Made by a program: the position numbers and the translations under genes. Shown piece by piece: positions 47,693 through 57,770 of a stretch of DNA of 64,000 nt (its first letter is position 1; each line of letters begins with the position of its first letter). The notes beneath the pieces were generated by a model. It was not told the origin of the DNA. It did not search any database and saw only the letters and a program-made list of their open reading frames with translations. Origin of the DNA: a virus (taxonomy: Duplodnaviria > Caudoviricetes); IMG/VR virus record IMGVR_UViG_3300033066_001786, positions 32,001 through 96,000 of that record; one strand, written 5' to 3'.

Positions 47693-47815
47693 AGTAAGGA
47701 CTCCTAAAATTACGTACAATAGTATTTAGCAAAAGTTAACCTAATTTAAAACATATGTGCAAATTTTTTAAATTGTCTAAAATTTGATAAATAATAGAAA
47801 AGACGAGTTATACAG

Positions 47816-48313
47816 ATGCCAATTGAACAAGATAGTGTAAAGGATATATTAGTTAGGGTATCAAACGATGTTACTGCTATGGATCTTTTGCTCGAATTTG
47901 AACGTTCCCTTGAGAACGCATGTATCTATGCCTATGAAAATTGGGAATACGGCGAAATAGTTGCTGGCCCAGAAATAAGCCGTTATTGGATAACAGTAAC
48001 ATTGATGTTCCCGGAAACATTGAAACCAGACCTTAATGCGCTAAAAAGACTAGAAAAGTACGGATGCATAATCGATTTAAAAACAGACATTTTTAAATAT
48101 CCTATGCGAGTTAAAGGACCACAGTCATATCGTGACACTAAATCTAAAAAGACAAGATTAGTAGATGTTAATGTGCAATTGATAAAAATAGATATGCCAA
48201 GAAGGTATATAGATGAGCGTATAACTGATCGACTATCTTCTAATACTACAACAGTTGACACAAGCGAACTAGATAGTGCATATACATCGCAAATGCCAAC
48301 GGATAACGGTTAA
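47816..48313 (+). CDS. Late hypothetical protein
   Basis: GATAAATA at 47786-47793. Confidence 0.7.
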   Translation: MPIEQDSVKDILVRVSNDVTAMDLLLEFERSLENACIYAYENWEYGEIVAGPEISRYWITVTLMFPETLKPDLNALKRLEKYGCIIDLKTDIFKYPMRVKGPQSYRDTKSKKTRLVDVNVQLIKIDMPRRYIDERITDRLSSNTTTVDTSELDSAYTSQMPTDNG

Positions 48314-49167
48314 TGTTTTACGATTTGTATTTAATTAAAGACTATATTAATTTGTTATATCAAAACAACGAAGGTTGTAAATGTGTGGAGTTAGATAACA
48401 GGAATATGAATTTAAAAAACGTGAAGCTTCATAAAGGTGTAGACCAAGTAGTTAGGTTCAAAGTATTTGATACTGATAGAAGGGTAGTGTCGATAGACCC
48501 TATGCGAGTCATTGCAACTCTAATAGACAATAATAGTAGAGAACGTGTATTAGTAAAAGAGGCGTATTGTACCTCTACTAAAGGCGTAATAGAGCTACAA
48601 GTAACTGAGGGCGACTTAATGAACATATCAACAGGTTACTATACTATGTCGATTGTTGCGCAAGAATATTCTATTCCAGAAGTAGAACAATACACTGTGT
48701 CGACACCTTTTTACACGAATGCAGCAGGCGATATTAATTTAAATGTTGAAGTATTTGATAGCGTTGATAAAACACCGGTGCCAACGATTGAAATAGCAGA
48801 TAGTAATTGGAACCTAATAATCGAAGGTGTAGATAACCATGCAGTATATTACACTGGGCCGTACATGGCTAATTTGTTAAAAAATTATACATCGGGACTG
48901 CACACTATAGCATTGCAAACAAACGACTATAGTGGCAAATTTGAAGTATTAGGTTCGTTAGAAAGCACACCGTCTTTAAATGCAGTTGATTATTTTGCGG
49001 TTAATTTTGCAAACGGTGAAGATAATGTAGTGTTCGACCATTACACTGGAATAGTATCGTATACGTTTAATGCTAACATAATGTGGTTAATGTTTAAACA
49101 TACACCCGATGCACTATTATTACCCGAAGACCAAGGAAATATCGCAAAAGTACAGTTGAGATCATGA
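48313..49167 (+). CDS. Beta-rich virion/baseplate-type protein
   Basis: Ig-like strand pattern; GLHTIAL....YSG shared with 53474. Confidence 0.6.
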   Translation: MFYDLYLIKDYINLLYQNNEGCKCVELDNRNMNLKNVKLHKGVDQVVRFKVFDTDRRVVSIDPMRVIATLIDNNSRERVLVKEAYCTSTKGVIELQVTEGDLMNISTGYYTMSIVAQEYSIPEVEQYTVSTPFYTNAAGDINLNVEVFDSVDKTPVPTIEIADSNWNLIIEGVDNHAVYYTGPYMANLLKNYTSGLHTIALQTNDYSGKFEVLGSLESTPSLNAVDYFAVNFANGEDNVVFDHYTGIVSYTFNANIMWLMFKHTPDALLLPEDQGNIAKVQLRS

Positions 49168-49168
49168 T

Positions 49169-49909
49169 ATGTTAAAAAGATTTGATTTAAAAAATACAGT
49201 TCTCCCAAAAATATCGATTGACGAGTTCGAACCAAAGACCGGGAAAGTAGAAGAAGTTATAGTTGTTGCATTTTACACAATTGATCAAGACCCTGCCAAT
49301 GATTTGTCTGAATTTTTAGATAAGTCGTTTTTGCCAATATTAGATGTAGAACCAAGCCCAAACCCAAATGATAAAGGTGAATTCTTAGTATTTGTTGAAT
49401 TTAGGAGAAATACTAATTTTAATAATGTTTTTGAATCGTTGATTGCAGAGGTTGAAAATTTAACAAACGAGATGCGTTGGAAAGTAATGCCATATTTAGC
49501 CAAGCACACATATGATTTTAAATCGGGAGAATGGGCTAGATTTGTTATTGTTGAACCTTCTAAATATGTAAGTAGGAAGGAATTCTTACTGGGAATGAGA
49601 GACGGTATTAATATACAAGCTAAAGATTTTTTTAAAAACGAAGAAATTAAGGTAGACGAGAATAAAAGCAGCATATCGCTTACCCGCGGCAATCGTACTA
49701 TTGTATTAGAAAAATACTACTATGAAAAAGAATCAATATTATCCGAAGACGAAAAGTTCACATCTACTCCTATGATATTTGAAGGTAACTACGATGTGTC
49801 TGTACTTAGTGGCTTACTAGGCCCGAACTGGCTAGTTATACAGCACGGTCAAAATTTAATCATTAAAGAAAACAACAACGATATTATACTTTACGCAACC
49901 TTTCAATAA
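49169..49909 (+). CDS. Hypothetical protein
   Basis: ISIDEFEPKTG...PANDL..F...YLVFVE-type pattern. Confidence 0.65.
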   Translation: MLKRFDLKNTVLPKISIDEFEPKTGKVEEVIVVAFYTIDQDPANDLSEFLDKSFLPILDVEPSPNPNDKGEFLVFVEFRRNTNFNNVFESLIAEVENLTNEMRWKVMPYLAKHTYDFKSGEWARFVIVEPSKYVSRKEFLLGMRDGINIQAKDFFKNEEIKVDENKSSISLTRGNRTIVLEKYYYEKESILSEDEKFTSTPMIFEGNYDVSVLSGLLGPNWLVIQHGQNLIIKENNNDIILYATFQ

Positions 49910-50610
49910 TGGACTTATATTCAATACTCGGGTTAGCATACCCATCTTCTGAAAATGAAATAAAAATATCATATAGGAAACTTGTAAACAGGTATCACCC
50001 TGACAAAAAAAATGGAAATGAAGAAAAATTTAAAGAAATACAAAATGCGTATGATACTCTTAGTAATAGAGTTAAGAAAGAAAAATACGATAATGTCACA
50101 TATAAAACTAGCAAGTATACTAATTATGGCAATTTCGGGTATAGCAGTGGAAAATATTATAACACGGATTATGATTATCGACTCGCAATAACACTTGAAG
50201 ATGCATTTGTTGGGTCTACGTTCGACACAGGGCAAGGACTATTAAAAATTAAAAAAGGTGCAAAAACAGGAGATAGGTATTCTCTTGGAAAGTTCACTGT
50301 AGAAATAATAGTCGAAGATCATACTCTGTTTAGTAGGACTAATAATGATTTATTAGTTAAAATAGACATAGATTATATTAGTGCAATATTTGGTAAAAAA
50401 CATACATTAATGATGTTAGATGGGAAATATATTGACGTAACTATACCAGAAATGGTATCTTATGATCAAGTAATAGTGTTAGAAAATAAAGGTATGTTTT
50501 GCGAAGACAAAAACAAATACGGAGACCTGTTTATTCAACTTAAATTGGTTCCTCCTACATACTTGACAAACCGACATAAGAGTGCTATATTGTCTGTACT
50601 TAATCAGTAG
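49909..50610 (+). CDS. dnaJ: DnaJ-class chaperone (J domain plus C-terminal domain, no Zn finger)
   Basis: YHPDK, FKEIQNAYDTL, ITLEDAF.G, KGM...GDL. Confidence 0.88.
   Translation: MDLYSILGLAYPSSENEIKISYRKLVNRYHPDKKNGNEEKFKEIQNAYDTLSNRVKKEKYDNVTYKTSKYTNYGNFGYSSGKYYNTDYDYRLAITLEDAFVGSTFDTGQGLLKIKKGAKTGDRYSLGKFTVEIIVEDHTLFSRTNNDLLVKIDIDYISAIFGKKHTLMMLDGKYIDVTIPEMVSYDQVIVLENKGMFCEDKNKYGDLFIQLKLVPPTYLTNRHKSAILSVLNQ
50563..50591 (+). promoter_or_regulatory. Sigma70-like promoter TTGACA-N17-TATATT (extended -10) for clpA
   Basis: Read directly. Confidence 0.7.
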
Positions 50611-50619
50611 GAGTGTGTT

Positions 50620-52833
50620 ATGTCTTCAGATAAAGAGCGTGTATCCAAGGTACTTGAAAAAGCAGTAGGTACAGCAAAAGCAAACAATCACGAATATCTA
50701 ACAGTCGATCATATCGCTGTTGCTCTTTTATGCGACACAGGGATTATAGATTTAATTAATGAAATTGGTGTAAACCCAAGTCAAGTTGAAAAAGATTTAA
50801 TCGGATACATTTCTACTTACGAAAGAATGATACGTCCAACTGATCCAAAAAGAACAAATGCACTTGAAAATCTACTTCGGATGTCAAAAGTATATGCGTC
50901 CATATCTGGCAAAGATATGTCGCCAGAGACACTTCTAATTTGTATTTTAGGAGAACCAAGTGTTGCTAATTCAGGTGCATGCTACGTTTTTGACAAGCAT
51001 GGTATCGTAAAAGACGAAGTAGTCGAAATACTGAAAAAGAAAACAGTAGGCAGCGAAGAAGGCACGTTACTCGACCAATTTTGCCGAAACTTAAACGAAG
51101 ATGCACAAAACGATCTTGTCGATCCAGTTATTGGGCGAGAAAAAGAAGTCCAGGACACTATTGAGATTCTTGCAAAACGTAAGAAAAATAACGTAGTGTA
51201 CGTCGGTGCGCCAGGTACGGGTAAATCTGCACTTGCTGAAGGTCTTGCAAAAAAGATCATTAATAAGGAAGTGCCCGCTGCAATACAAGAAAAAGTAGTG
51301 TACAGTTTAGATGTTCCTGCAATGTTAGCCGGGACAAAATATCGCGGCGAATTCGAAGAAAGATTTAAAGGTGTCCTTAAGGAAATTAAAAAGAAAGGAA
51401 ACGTAATCCTGTTCATTGACGAAATACACATGATTATGGGTGCAGGTTCGTCATCTGGCCAGCCAATGGATGCAGCAAATATGCTGAAACCGATGTTAGC
51501 TAAAGGCGAACTGTGTTGTGTAGGTGCTACTACATATGACGAATATTCTTCGCATATGGAGAAAGACAAAGCACTTATGCGTAGATTTCAAAAAATCGAC
51601 GTTGAACCAACATCAGTCGAAGATACTAAGAAAATACTGCATTCCGTAAAAGGTTACTATGAGAATTTCCATAAAGTAACATACGAAGAAGGTGCTCTTG
51701 ATTTAGCTGTTGAATTAGCAGACAAGTACATTAAAGGTAAGTTCTTCCCAGACAAAGCATTTGACGTTATCGATTCTGCAGGCGCTAAAGCAAAACTTGA
51801 AGAGAACCCAATTGTGGATTCTAAGTTAATAATGGAGAGGGTATCTAAGATTAGTCGTGTACCTATGTCAATGATCGACGTAGATGAAAGTTCGTCGCTT
51901 GAAAACCTTGACGTGAGATTGAAGGCTAAAGTTTTTGGCCAAGAAAAAGCAATAGACGAAATGGTTTCTGCAATTGCAATTTCAAAAGCAGGTTTGCGAG
52001 ATAAAAACAAACCGATTGGTTCTTACTTGTGCGTTGGATCAACAGGCACAGGCAAAACTTTTCTTGCTAAACAGTTAGCAGAGATGCTTGGTTCCAAGCT
52101 TGTACGCTTTGATATGTCTGAGTATCAAGAAAAGCATAGTGTTTCTAAATTGATTGGTGCACCCCCAGGGTACGTAGGTTACGGTGTCGGCGAAGCAGGT
52201 TCTGGCCAGCTTATTGCAGAAATTGAAAAAAATCCTAACTGTGTACTGTTGTTAGACGAAGTAGAAAAAGCTGCACCGGAAGTAATGACAGTATTGCTTC
52301 AAGTAATGGACGATGGTCGTCTAACGTCTAATACTGGTAAGGTTGTAGATTTTAGTAATGTTATATTAATCATGACGAGCAACTTAGGTGCACGTGATGC
52401 TGAAAAAAATAGCATTGGCTTTATGAAAGAAGCCGGTAACCCGACTGCTTCAGACGATGCAATTAAAACTTTCTTTGCACCTGAGTTTAGAAACAGACTT
52501 GACGGTGTAATTAAGTTTAATAAGCTAACACATAACGAGATTGACATGATTGTTAATCGGACTGTTAAAGAGCTTGAATTGCTAGTCCAAGAAAAGAATA
52601 TTAAAATTAACGTGTCGATTACTGCACGTAAGTGGCTTGCCGAAAAAGGATTTGATGCAGAATTTGGTGCAAGACCTCTTGCACGTATTATTCAGGAAAA
52701 TATTAAAAAGCCACTTAGTAAAGAAATGCTGTATGGCAATCTCAGAAACGGCGGCAATACTATTATTGATGTTGAAGATGATCAAATAGTATTGCGTTCT
52801 ACTAAAATCGAAGTTAAGTCGGAAGTAATCTAA
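50620..52833 (+). CDS. clpA: ClpA AAA+ chaperone
   Basis: Two AAA modules (GAPGTGKS, GSTGTGKT), DMSEYQEKHSVS, IGF loop, no M-domain. Confidence 0.94.
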   Translation: MSSDKERVSKVLEKAVGTAKANNHEYLTVDHIAVALLCDTGIIDLINEIGVNPSQVEKDLIGYISTYERMIRPTDPKRTNALENLLRMSKVYASISGKDMSPETLLICILGEPSVANSGACYVFDKHGIVKDEVVEILKKKTVGSEEGTLLDQFCRNLNEDAQNDLVDPVIGREKEVQDTIEILAKRKKNNVVYVGAPGTGKSALAEGLAKKIINKEVPAAIQEKVVYSLDVPAMLAGTKYRGEFEERFKGVLKEIKKKGNVILFIDEIHMIMGAGSSSGQPMDAANMLKPMLAKGELCCVGATTYDEYSSHMEKDKALMRRFQKIDVEPTSVEDTKKILHSVKGYYENFHKVTYEEGALDLAVELADKYIKGKFFPDKAFDVIDSAGAKAKLEENPIVDSKLIMERVSKISRVPMSMIDVDESSSLENLDVRLKAKVFGQEKAIDEMVSAIAISKAGLRDKNKPIGSYLCVGSTGTGKTFLAKQLAEMLGSKLVRFDMSEYQEKHSVSKLIGAPPGYVGYGVGEAGSGQLIAEIEKNPNCVLLLDEVEKAAPEVMTVLLQVMDDGRLTSNTGKVVDFSNVILIMTSNLGARDAEKNSIGFMKEAGNPTASDDAIKTFFAPEFRNRLDGVIKFNKLTHNEIDMIVNRTVKELELLVQEKNIKINVSITARKWLAEKGFDAEFGARPLARIIQENIKKPLSKEMLYGNLRNGGNTIIDVEDDQIVLRSTKIEVKSEVI

Positions 52834-53210
52834 TGGCACACCATAATAGTGTTGAACTATTATCGGATTTGCAGATAAATGATACTTTATTTTATAGAGG
52901 GGATAAAGTATCAATTTATCGCATAACAGACGATAACGGAATACTATTGTCTAATGGTGTGTGGGTTTGCAGGTCCGATTTATACGAAGTTGTGCCTTCG
53001 ATTAATTCTGTATCTAACGATGCAAAGATTCGATTCATGGAAAAGTATGTTGCTTCGTACTTGGCTGCAGAAATGGCAAACTATCCAAAACACCGTGACC
53101 CACATGTTTTTGCTGAAAATAACCAGCCGGTTGAAGATGCAGAATGTTGTGCAGAAATGGCGTGGGATTTATTAAACAAACATTGCTCAAAAAGAGATTA
53201 TTTTAAATAG
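52833..53210 (+). CDS. Hypothetical protein
   Basis: Coupled ORF. Confidence 0.6.
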   Translation: MAHHNSVELLSDLQINDTLFYRGDKVSIYRITDDNGILLSNGVWVCRSDLYEVVPSINSVSNDAKIRFMEKYVASYLAAEMANYPKHRDPHVFAENNQPVEDAECCAEMAWDLLNKHCSKRDYFK

Positions 53211-53219
53211 GCAAAGAAC

Positions 53220-53438
53220 ATGACTAAAAAACTAGAAACATTAGAGGAATTTAACAAAAGAAAAATGCAAACACATTTGCATATTAAGAACGGAGGAAGC
53301 ATCGGTAACGGTATTGCATGCCCTTGCTGTGGCAATGAGCTTTGTGACAGTAATCACACTACTATCTTAACTAGTTACCCTCCGCAAATTAGAGTCGAGT
53401 GTAAGCATTGCAATCATAAAGGGACAAGAGTTCTTTAA
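53220..53438 (+). CDS. Small Zn-ribbon protein
   Basis: CPCCG...ECKHCNH. Confidence 0.7.
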   Translation: MTKKLETLEEFNKRKMQTHLHIKNGGSIGNGIACPCCGNELCDSNHTTILTSYPPQIRVECKHCNHKGTRVL

Positions 53439-53473
53439 AGTTTTGATAAATATACAAAACAAGGAATAGTTTC

Positions 53474-53860
53474 ATGGCAATCCAAAGAACAGTAGTAATG
53501 ATGACTAACACTTCTGGGCAGTACACTGTAACCGGAGATAAATATCGCGCCGATAGTTGGTGGGGATATACTGACGGTCTGCATACGATACAAGTTAAGT
53601 ATAGTAACCTTGACGGTTCTTTTGGTGTTGACGGTACACTATCTTTGTCGCCAAGTGAAAACGATTGGTTTCCTATACCACTTAGCGATTCGGCTGACAC
53701 TATTTTGTTTGATGTAGAATCTGGTACAAAAGCATATACTTTTACGGGCAATTATACTTATTTAAGGGCAAAATTAATTAGACCTGAAGTGGTAACATTA
53801 CCTACTCAAATGGAAATAGAAGCAATGGGTTCAATTGATAAAGTAATATTGGCAATGTAA
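53474..53860 (+). CDS. Late virion protein
   Basis: GATAAATA at 53445-53452; DGLHT...GTL...P...DWF...YTFTGNY.YLRA. Confidence 0.65.
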   Translation: MAIQRTVVMMTNTSGQYTVTGDKYRADSWWGYTDGLHTIQVKYSNLDGSFGVDGTLSLSPSENDWFPIPLSDSADTILFDVESGTKAYTFTGNYTYLRAKLIRPEVVTLPTQMEIEAMGSIDKVILAM

Positions 53861-53869
53861 CTTATTTCT

Positions 53870-53917
53870 ACCTTACGATGTAAGGTTTATATTCTACCCC
53901 GCAGTTGCGGGGTTTTT
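53870..53917 (+). terminator. Tandem hairpins; the second is an intrinsic terminator
   Basis: ACCTTAC-GAT-GTAAGGT then ACCCCGC-AGTT-GCGGGGT-TTTT. Confidence 0.8.
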
Positions 53918-53965
53918 AATGACTAAAATTTGATAAATATAAGAAAGACTGCCTGCAGGAAAAAT

Positions 53966-56900
53966 ATGGCCACATTTTTAAGTTTAGATGATACCTCGAA
54001 CACCCCCATACCAAATGGTTATCTACGTTGGAACAGTGCAGGCGATAACATTTTATATGAAACGTCTGTATCTGCTTTAAACGTAACAGGGTTAGCCACT
54101 GTTGCTACTAGCGGGGATATAGGGGATTTAGCTAACGTTGATGTTACAGGCGTAGTAGATAACTATATTTTGACATATAATGCAACTACTAGTAAATGGG
54201 AAGCAAAAGTCAACGATGGTGGCATGCTATCTTCTTTTTCATTATCTGATATAAGTGATGTCATTATATCAACACCTATTGCAGGTAAAATTCTATATTT
54301 TGACGGTACGGACTGGGTAGACCATAGATTGAATTATGCAACTGATATAGACGGTATACCATCAAACAATACATATTCTTTTATTGGTTTAAGTGACACA
54401 AATAATGCATCAGTTGGAAACGGTTATTTAAAATGGTCAAGTGGCGGCACTGCTATAGAATATGTAACTTCTATACCTTCTAGTGCAATAACTGGTTTGG
54501 CAGATGTGGCAACTTCAGGTGATTATGTCGATCTAATTAACCCACCTACTATTTACACACAATTAAATGATTTGGAAGATGTGGATGTTTTGTCGTTAGC
54601 CGACCAAGATGTTTTACTCTGGAATGCAACTTCTAGCAAATGGACATCGCAATCATGGACTACTAGCTCGCCTACTTCTTTTATATCTTTAACAGATACA
54701 GTTAATACAATTGTGCCAGACGGGTATTTACGTTGGAATAGTGTAGGTTCTGCAATAGTGTACCAAACAGCAATAGCTTCGTCGGACATTACCGGTTTAG
54801 CAGATGTTGCAACTTCAGGTGATTACACTGATTTAATTAATAAGCCCGATTATACATTTGCTACGTTAGGTGACACCGCAGGTGCAGGTACTGCAGATTA
54901 TTTCTTAAGATGGGACGGGTTAGGACTTCAAGTAGCTTACCAACAATATATTGATGCAACAACTGATATTTCTAATTTAGCAGATGTTGCAACTTCAGGT
55001 GATTACACTGATTTAATTAATAAGCCTGCTAATACTTTATTAGGTTTAAGCGATACATCTAATAGCTCTCCTGCAGACGGTGCATATGTTATGTGGTCTA
55101 CTGGGTCGGGCGAATTTGTCTACACAACCGGCATTACTGTTGATGTGTTAGACGTTACGTCACTACAACAAGTTGCAATAGATGGCTGGTTAGATAGTTT
55201 AAACGATGTAGTTATTGATTCGCCCTTTGATAAGCAAATACTGCAATACGACGGTACGGACTGGGTAAACACATATCTTGATAATTCTAGAACGTGGACT
55301 GTTGTGTCTGCATCTTTTTCTGCAACAAAAAATAGGTCATATATTGTAGATACTTCCTCAGCTGTAGTAACTATAACTTTACCAAGTTCGCCTGTTGCAA
55401 ATGATTATATACGTATAGCAGATTATGCTGGTACTTTTGAATTGCACTCGTGCATCATTGCAAACAACTCAGATAAGATTCTAGGCGAAGTAAAAGATTA
55501 TATATTAGCAACTAATAATGCCTGTGTTGAATTAACCTATGTTGACTCAACATACGGATGGAGAATAACATCTGGAAACGGCGAAAAATATAATTGGCAG
55601 GAAATTAGCGGTGATTACACTGCAGATCCAAACGAGGGTTTATTGTTAGATACTACAGTTGACGGACCTATAACAATAACGTTGCCGCCTATTACAATTA
55701 CTAGACTATACGATACAGTTAAGATTGTAGACTTAGTCGGAAATTTTAACGTAAACTCTTGTATTGTTGCACGTAACCTTTCGGACGCATCGCCTGCTAA
55801 AATAATGGGAGATACAGACAACTTAGTAGTTACAGCAAAAAATATATCGCTTGAATTAACGTATGTTGGCGGAACAACAGGTTGGGTAATTACAGACGGT
55901 CTTGCTGAAATAGAATTTGAAAATACTGACATTTTAGTAGATACTACTCTATATGTCGACATTTCGGGCGACGATGTTTTAGGAACAGGTACAATCTTAG
56001 CACCATATGCAACCCTTGCGGGTGCATTAAGTGCAGTAGATAAAAGATACATTGCAAACGATGTATTTTTAACTATAGATGTTGGTGCTGCAAACTACGG
56101 TGCTAACGTACCGACAATAATATCTCACCCGCAAGGAGATCGTATTAAAATAGAAGGCGCAGCACCGACTGTAACTGCTAACATAACAAGTGTAAACGGA
56201 ACTCCAACATCAACTTCTTTCTCGATTAACGTGTCTAGTGTTGCAGGTATATCCACTGGCCAATTTGTTAAAATTAAAAATACCTCGGGAACAGGATACC
56301 ATACTTTAATACGCGGTATATATTCTATTATCGATACTGGTCCAACATATATAACTGTTGATTTAAATTACCAAGGAGAAGTTTCTGATTTAGAAGGTAT
56401 TGTATTAACTGGCGGAGATATTGAAATACAAAAAACCATATTAACATACGGCGGAGTATCTGGTATTGTATTAAACGGCAGTAAAATTAATTCAATTAAT
56501 AATATTACAATTGTGGGCGATAATACAGTAAATACATATGGTGTTTTGTGCGGACAAGACGACAACGACATGGGAAGTACATCTAACACTGGAGGGTCTA
56601 TATCCTTTGGTTCAAACGTAAACATATATTTGTTTGGCGGCAGTGCAGTTTATTGTTCGTATAATAGTTTTGTTTCGGCTAGCTATGCTTACATGACTAG
56701 AAACAAAAACGGATTGTATGCATCTTACAACGGTGTAATCCGTTCGGCAGAATCTATAATTACTAATACACCCGAAGTTGCAGCAAAAGCATCATATGGC
56801 GGCGTAATAGATTTAAAAGATGAAGAAATTTATGGAACTGGCAAACAAGCATTTAAAGCAGTTAATCGAGGAACTATAAAGTCAGATTCAACTGGAGTAA

Positions 56901-57052
56901 CAGACAGGAACGATTTAACAAGTTCTGGCCAGATTGTATATGCATCGGGTATGTCGGCTATATTTATGGCGGATTTTTCCGGCAGCGGAGTATCTTATAG
57001 TCCAACATATAATAGTGTTGGCAATGGCAATTCTTTTATTGGCGCAATCTAA
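53966..57052 (+). CDS. Tail fibre/spike protein (likely start 53966)
   Basis: GATAAATA at 53932-53939, AGGA SD; LADVATSGDY.DL repeats, L.Y....KW repeats, TITLP modules, beta-helix-like C-terminus. Confidence 0.85.
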   Translation: MATFLSLDDTSNTPIPNGYLRWNSAGDNILYETSVSALNVTGLATVATSGDIGDLANVDVTGVVDNYILTYNATTSKWEAKVNDGGMLSSFSLSDISDVIISTPIAGKILYFDGTDWVDHRLNYATDIDGIPSNNTYSFIGLSDTNNASVGNGYLKWSSGGTAIEYVTSIPSSAITGLADVATSGDYVDLINPPTIYTQLNDLEDVDVLSLADQDVLLWNATSSKWTSQSWTTSSPTSFISLTDTVNTIVPDGYLRWNSVGSAIVYQTAIASSDITGLADVATSGDYTDLINKPDYTFATLGDTAGAGTADYFLRWDGLGLQVAYQQYIDATTDISNLADVATSGDYTDLINKPANTLLGLSDTSNSSPADGAYVMWSTGSGEFVYTTGITVDVLDVTSLQQVAIDGWLDSLNDVVIDSPFDKQILQYDGTDWVNTYLDNSRTWTVVSASFSATKNRSYIVDTSSAVVTITLPSSPVANDYIRIADYAGTFELHSCIIANNSDKILGEVKDYILATNNACVELTYVDSTYGWRITSGNGEKYNWQEISGDYTADPNEGLLLDTTVDGPITITLPPITITRLYDTVKIVDLVGNFNVNSCIVARNLSDASPAKIMGDTDNLVVTAKNISLELTYVGGTTGWVITDGLAEIEFENTDILVDTTLYVDISGDDVLGTGTILAPYATLAGALSAVDKRYIANDVFLTIDVGAANYGANVPTIISHPQGDRIKIEGAAPTVTANITSVNGTPTSTSFSINVSSVAGISTGQFVKIKNTSGTGYHTLIRGIYSIIDTGPTYITVDLNYQGEVSDLEGIVLTGGDIEIQKTILTYGGVSGIVLNGSKINSINNITIVGDNTVNTYGVLCGQDDNDMGSTSNTGGSISFGSNVNIYLFGGSAVYCSYNSFVSASYAYMTRNKNGLYASYNGVIRSAESIITNTPEVAAKASYGGVIDLKDEEIYGTGKQAFKAVNRGTIKSDSTGVTDRNDLTSSGQIVYASGMSAIFMADFSGSGVSYSPTYNSVGNGNSFIGAI
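54796..55026 (+). repeat. Exact 51-bp direct repeat (54796-54846 and 54976-55026)
   Basis: TTTAGCAGATGTTGCAACTTCAGGTGATTACACTGATTTAATTAATAAGCC twice, 180 nt apart. Confidence 0.95.
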
Positions 57053-57126
57053 AAAATATTTAAAAAGTATTGTTTCTATGTGATTTTTCCTTTATTATTA
57101 CTGAATAAAATAATAAGGGAAAACAT

Positions 57127-57396
57127 ATGGAAAATCCTAATTCAAAAACCTATTCCTCTGAAGATGTACGTCGACTAAAAGAGATAGTTAACGAAGGTAT
57201 GGCTGTTCTCCAAGAAATCGAAACCTTAAACGAAGGTTTAAGAGAAACAGTTAAATCAGTAGCAGAAGAAGTCGGAATTAAACCTGCACAATTATCAAAA
57301 GCAATTCGCATTGCACACAAAGCTTCACTTGGCGACGAAAGAGAAAAATTCGACCAAATTGAAGAAATTTTAGAAATCGTAGGTAAAGCTGTATGA
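57127..57396 (+). CDS. DsbA(T4)/GapR-like dsDNA-binding protein
   Basis: EIETL.EGLRETVK.VAEE.GIKP..L.KAIRIAHK; promoter TTGTTT-N17-TATTAT at 57070-57098. Confidence 0.7.
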   Translation: MENPNSKTYSSEDVRRLKEIVNEGMAVLQEIETLNEGLRETVKSVAEEVGIKPAQLSKAIRIAHKASLGDEREKFDQIEEILEIVGKAV

Positions 57397-57770
57397 ACAA
57401 GCTTAATTATAAAAATGATCTAACAACTAAGTTTTTAGATGAAACAGGTACAGTGTTAAAAGAGGGATCGTCAGTGTACGATTTGCTCTTAGCATCAGAT
57501 GTTCCGTCTTCTATAAAAAACGAATTGCTTTGTTTTTTATCTGGTGTAGAATCTGCAATAATTGGAATGGTAACTACTGATCACTATGCTACTGTTGCAG
57601 CGATCAGTAATAATTCTGATCGATTTCAAAAAGGTAGTAATAAAGTAGTAGAAATATTTCAAGAATATTGTGCATATATTCCAGTGGAAAATTATATTAC
57701 TATTACCGGAAAAGAATTCAACGGAAGTAAAATGAATGGCGGTTTAGATACTTATACAGGTGACGAATGA
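57393..57770 (+). CDS. Hypothetical protein
   Basis: Coupled ORF. Confidence 0.6.
   Translation: MNKLNYKNDLTTKFLDETGTVLKEGSSVYDLLLASDVPSSIKNELLCFLSGVESAIIGMVTTDHYATVAAISNNSDRFQKGSNKVVEIFQEYCAYIPVENYITITGKEFNGSKMNGGLDTYTGDE

Noticed and set aside
29992-52833. Bacterial chromosome origin suggested by clp, ftsH, dnaJ and rpsU
   Set aside because: Genes are interleaved with T4-like core and virion genes and share phage promoter motifs and composition
54796-55026. Diversity-generating retroelement TR/VR pair
   Set aside because: Copies are identical with no adenine-specific mismatches, lie mid-gene, and no reverse transcriptase is in the window
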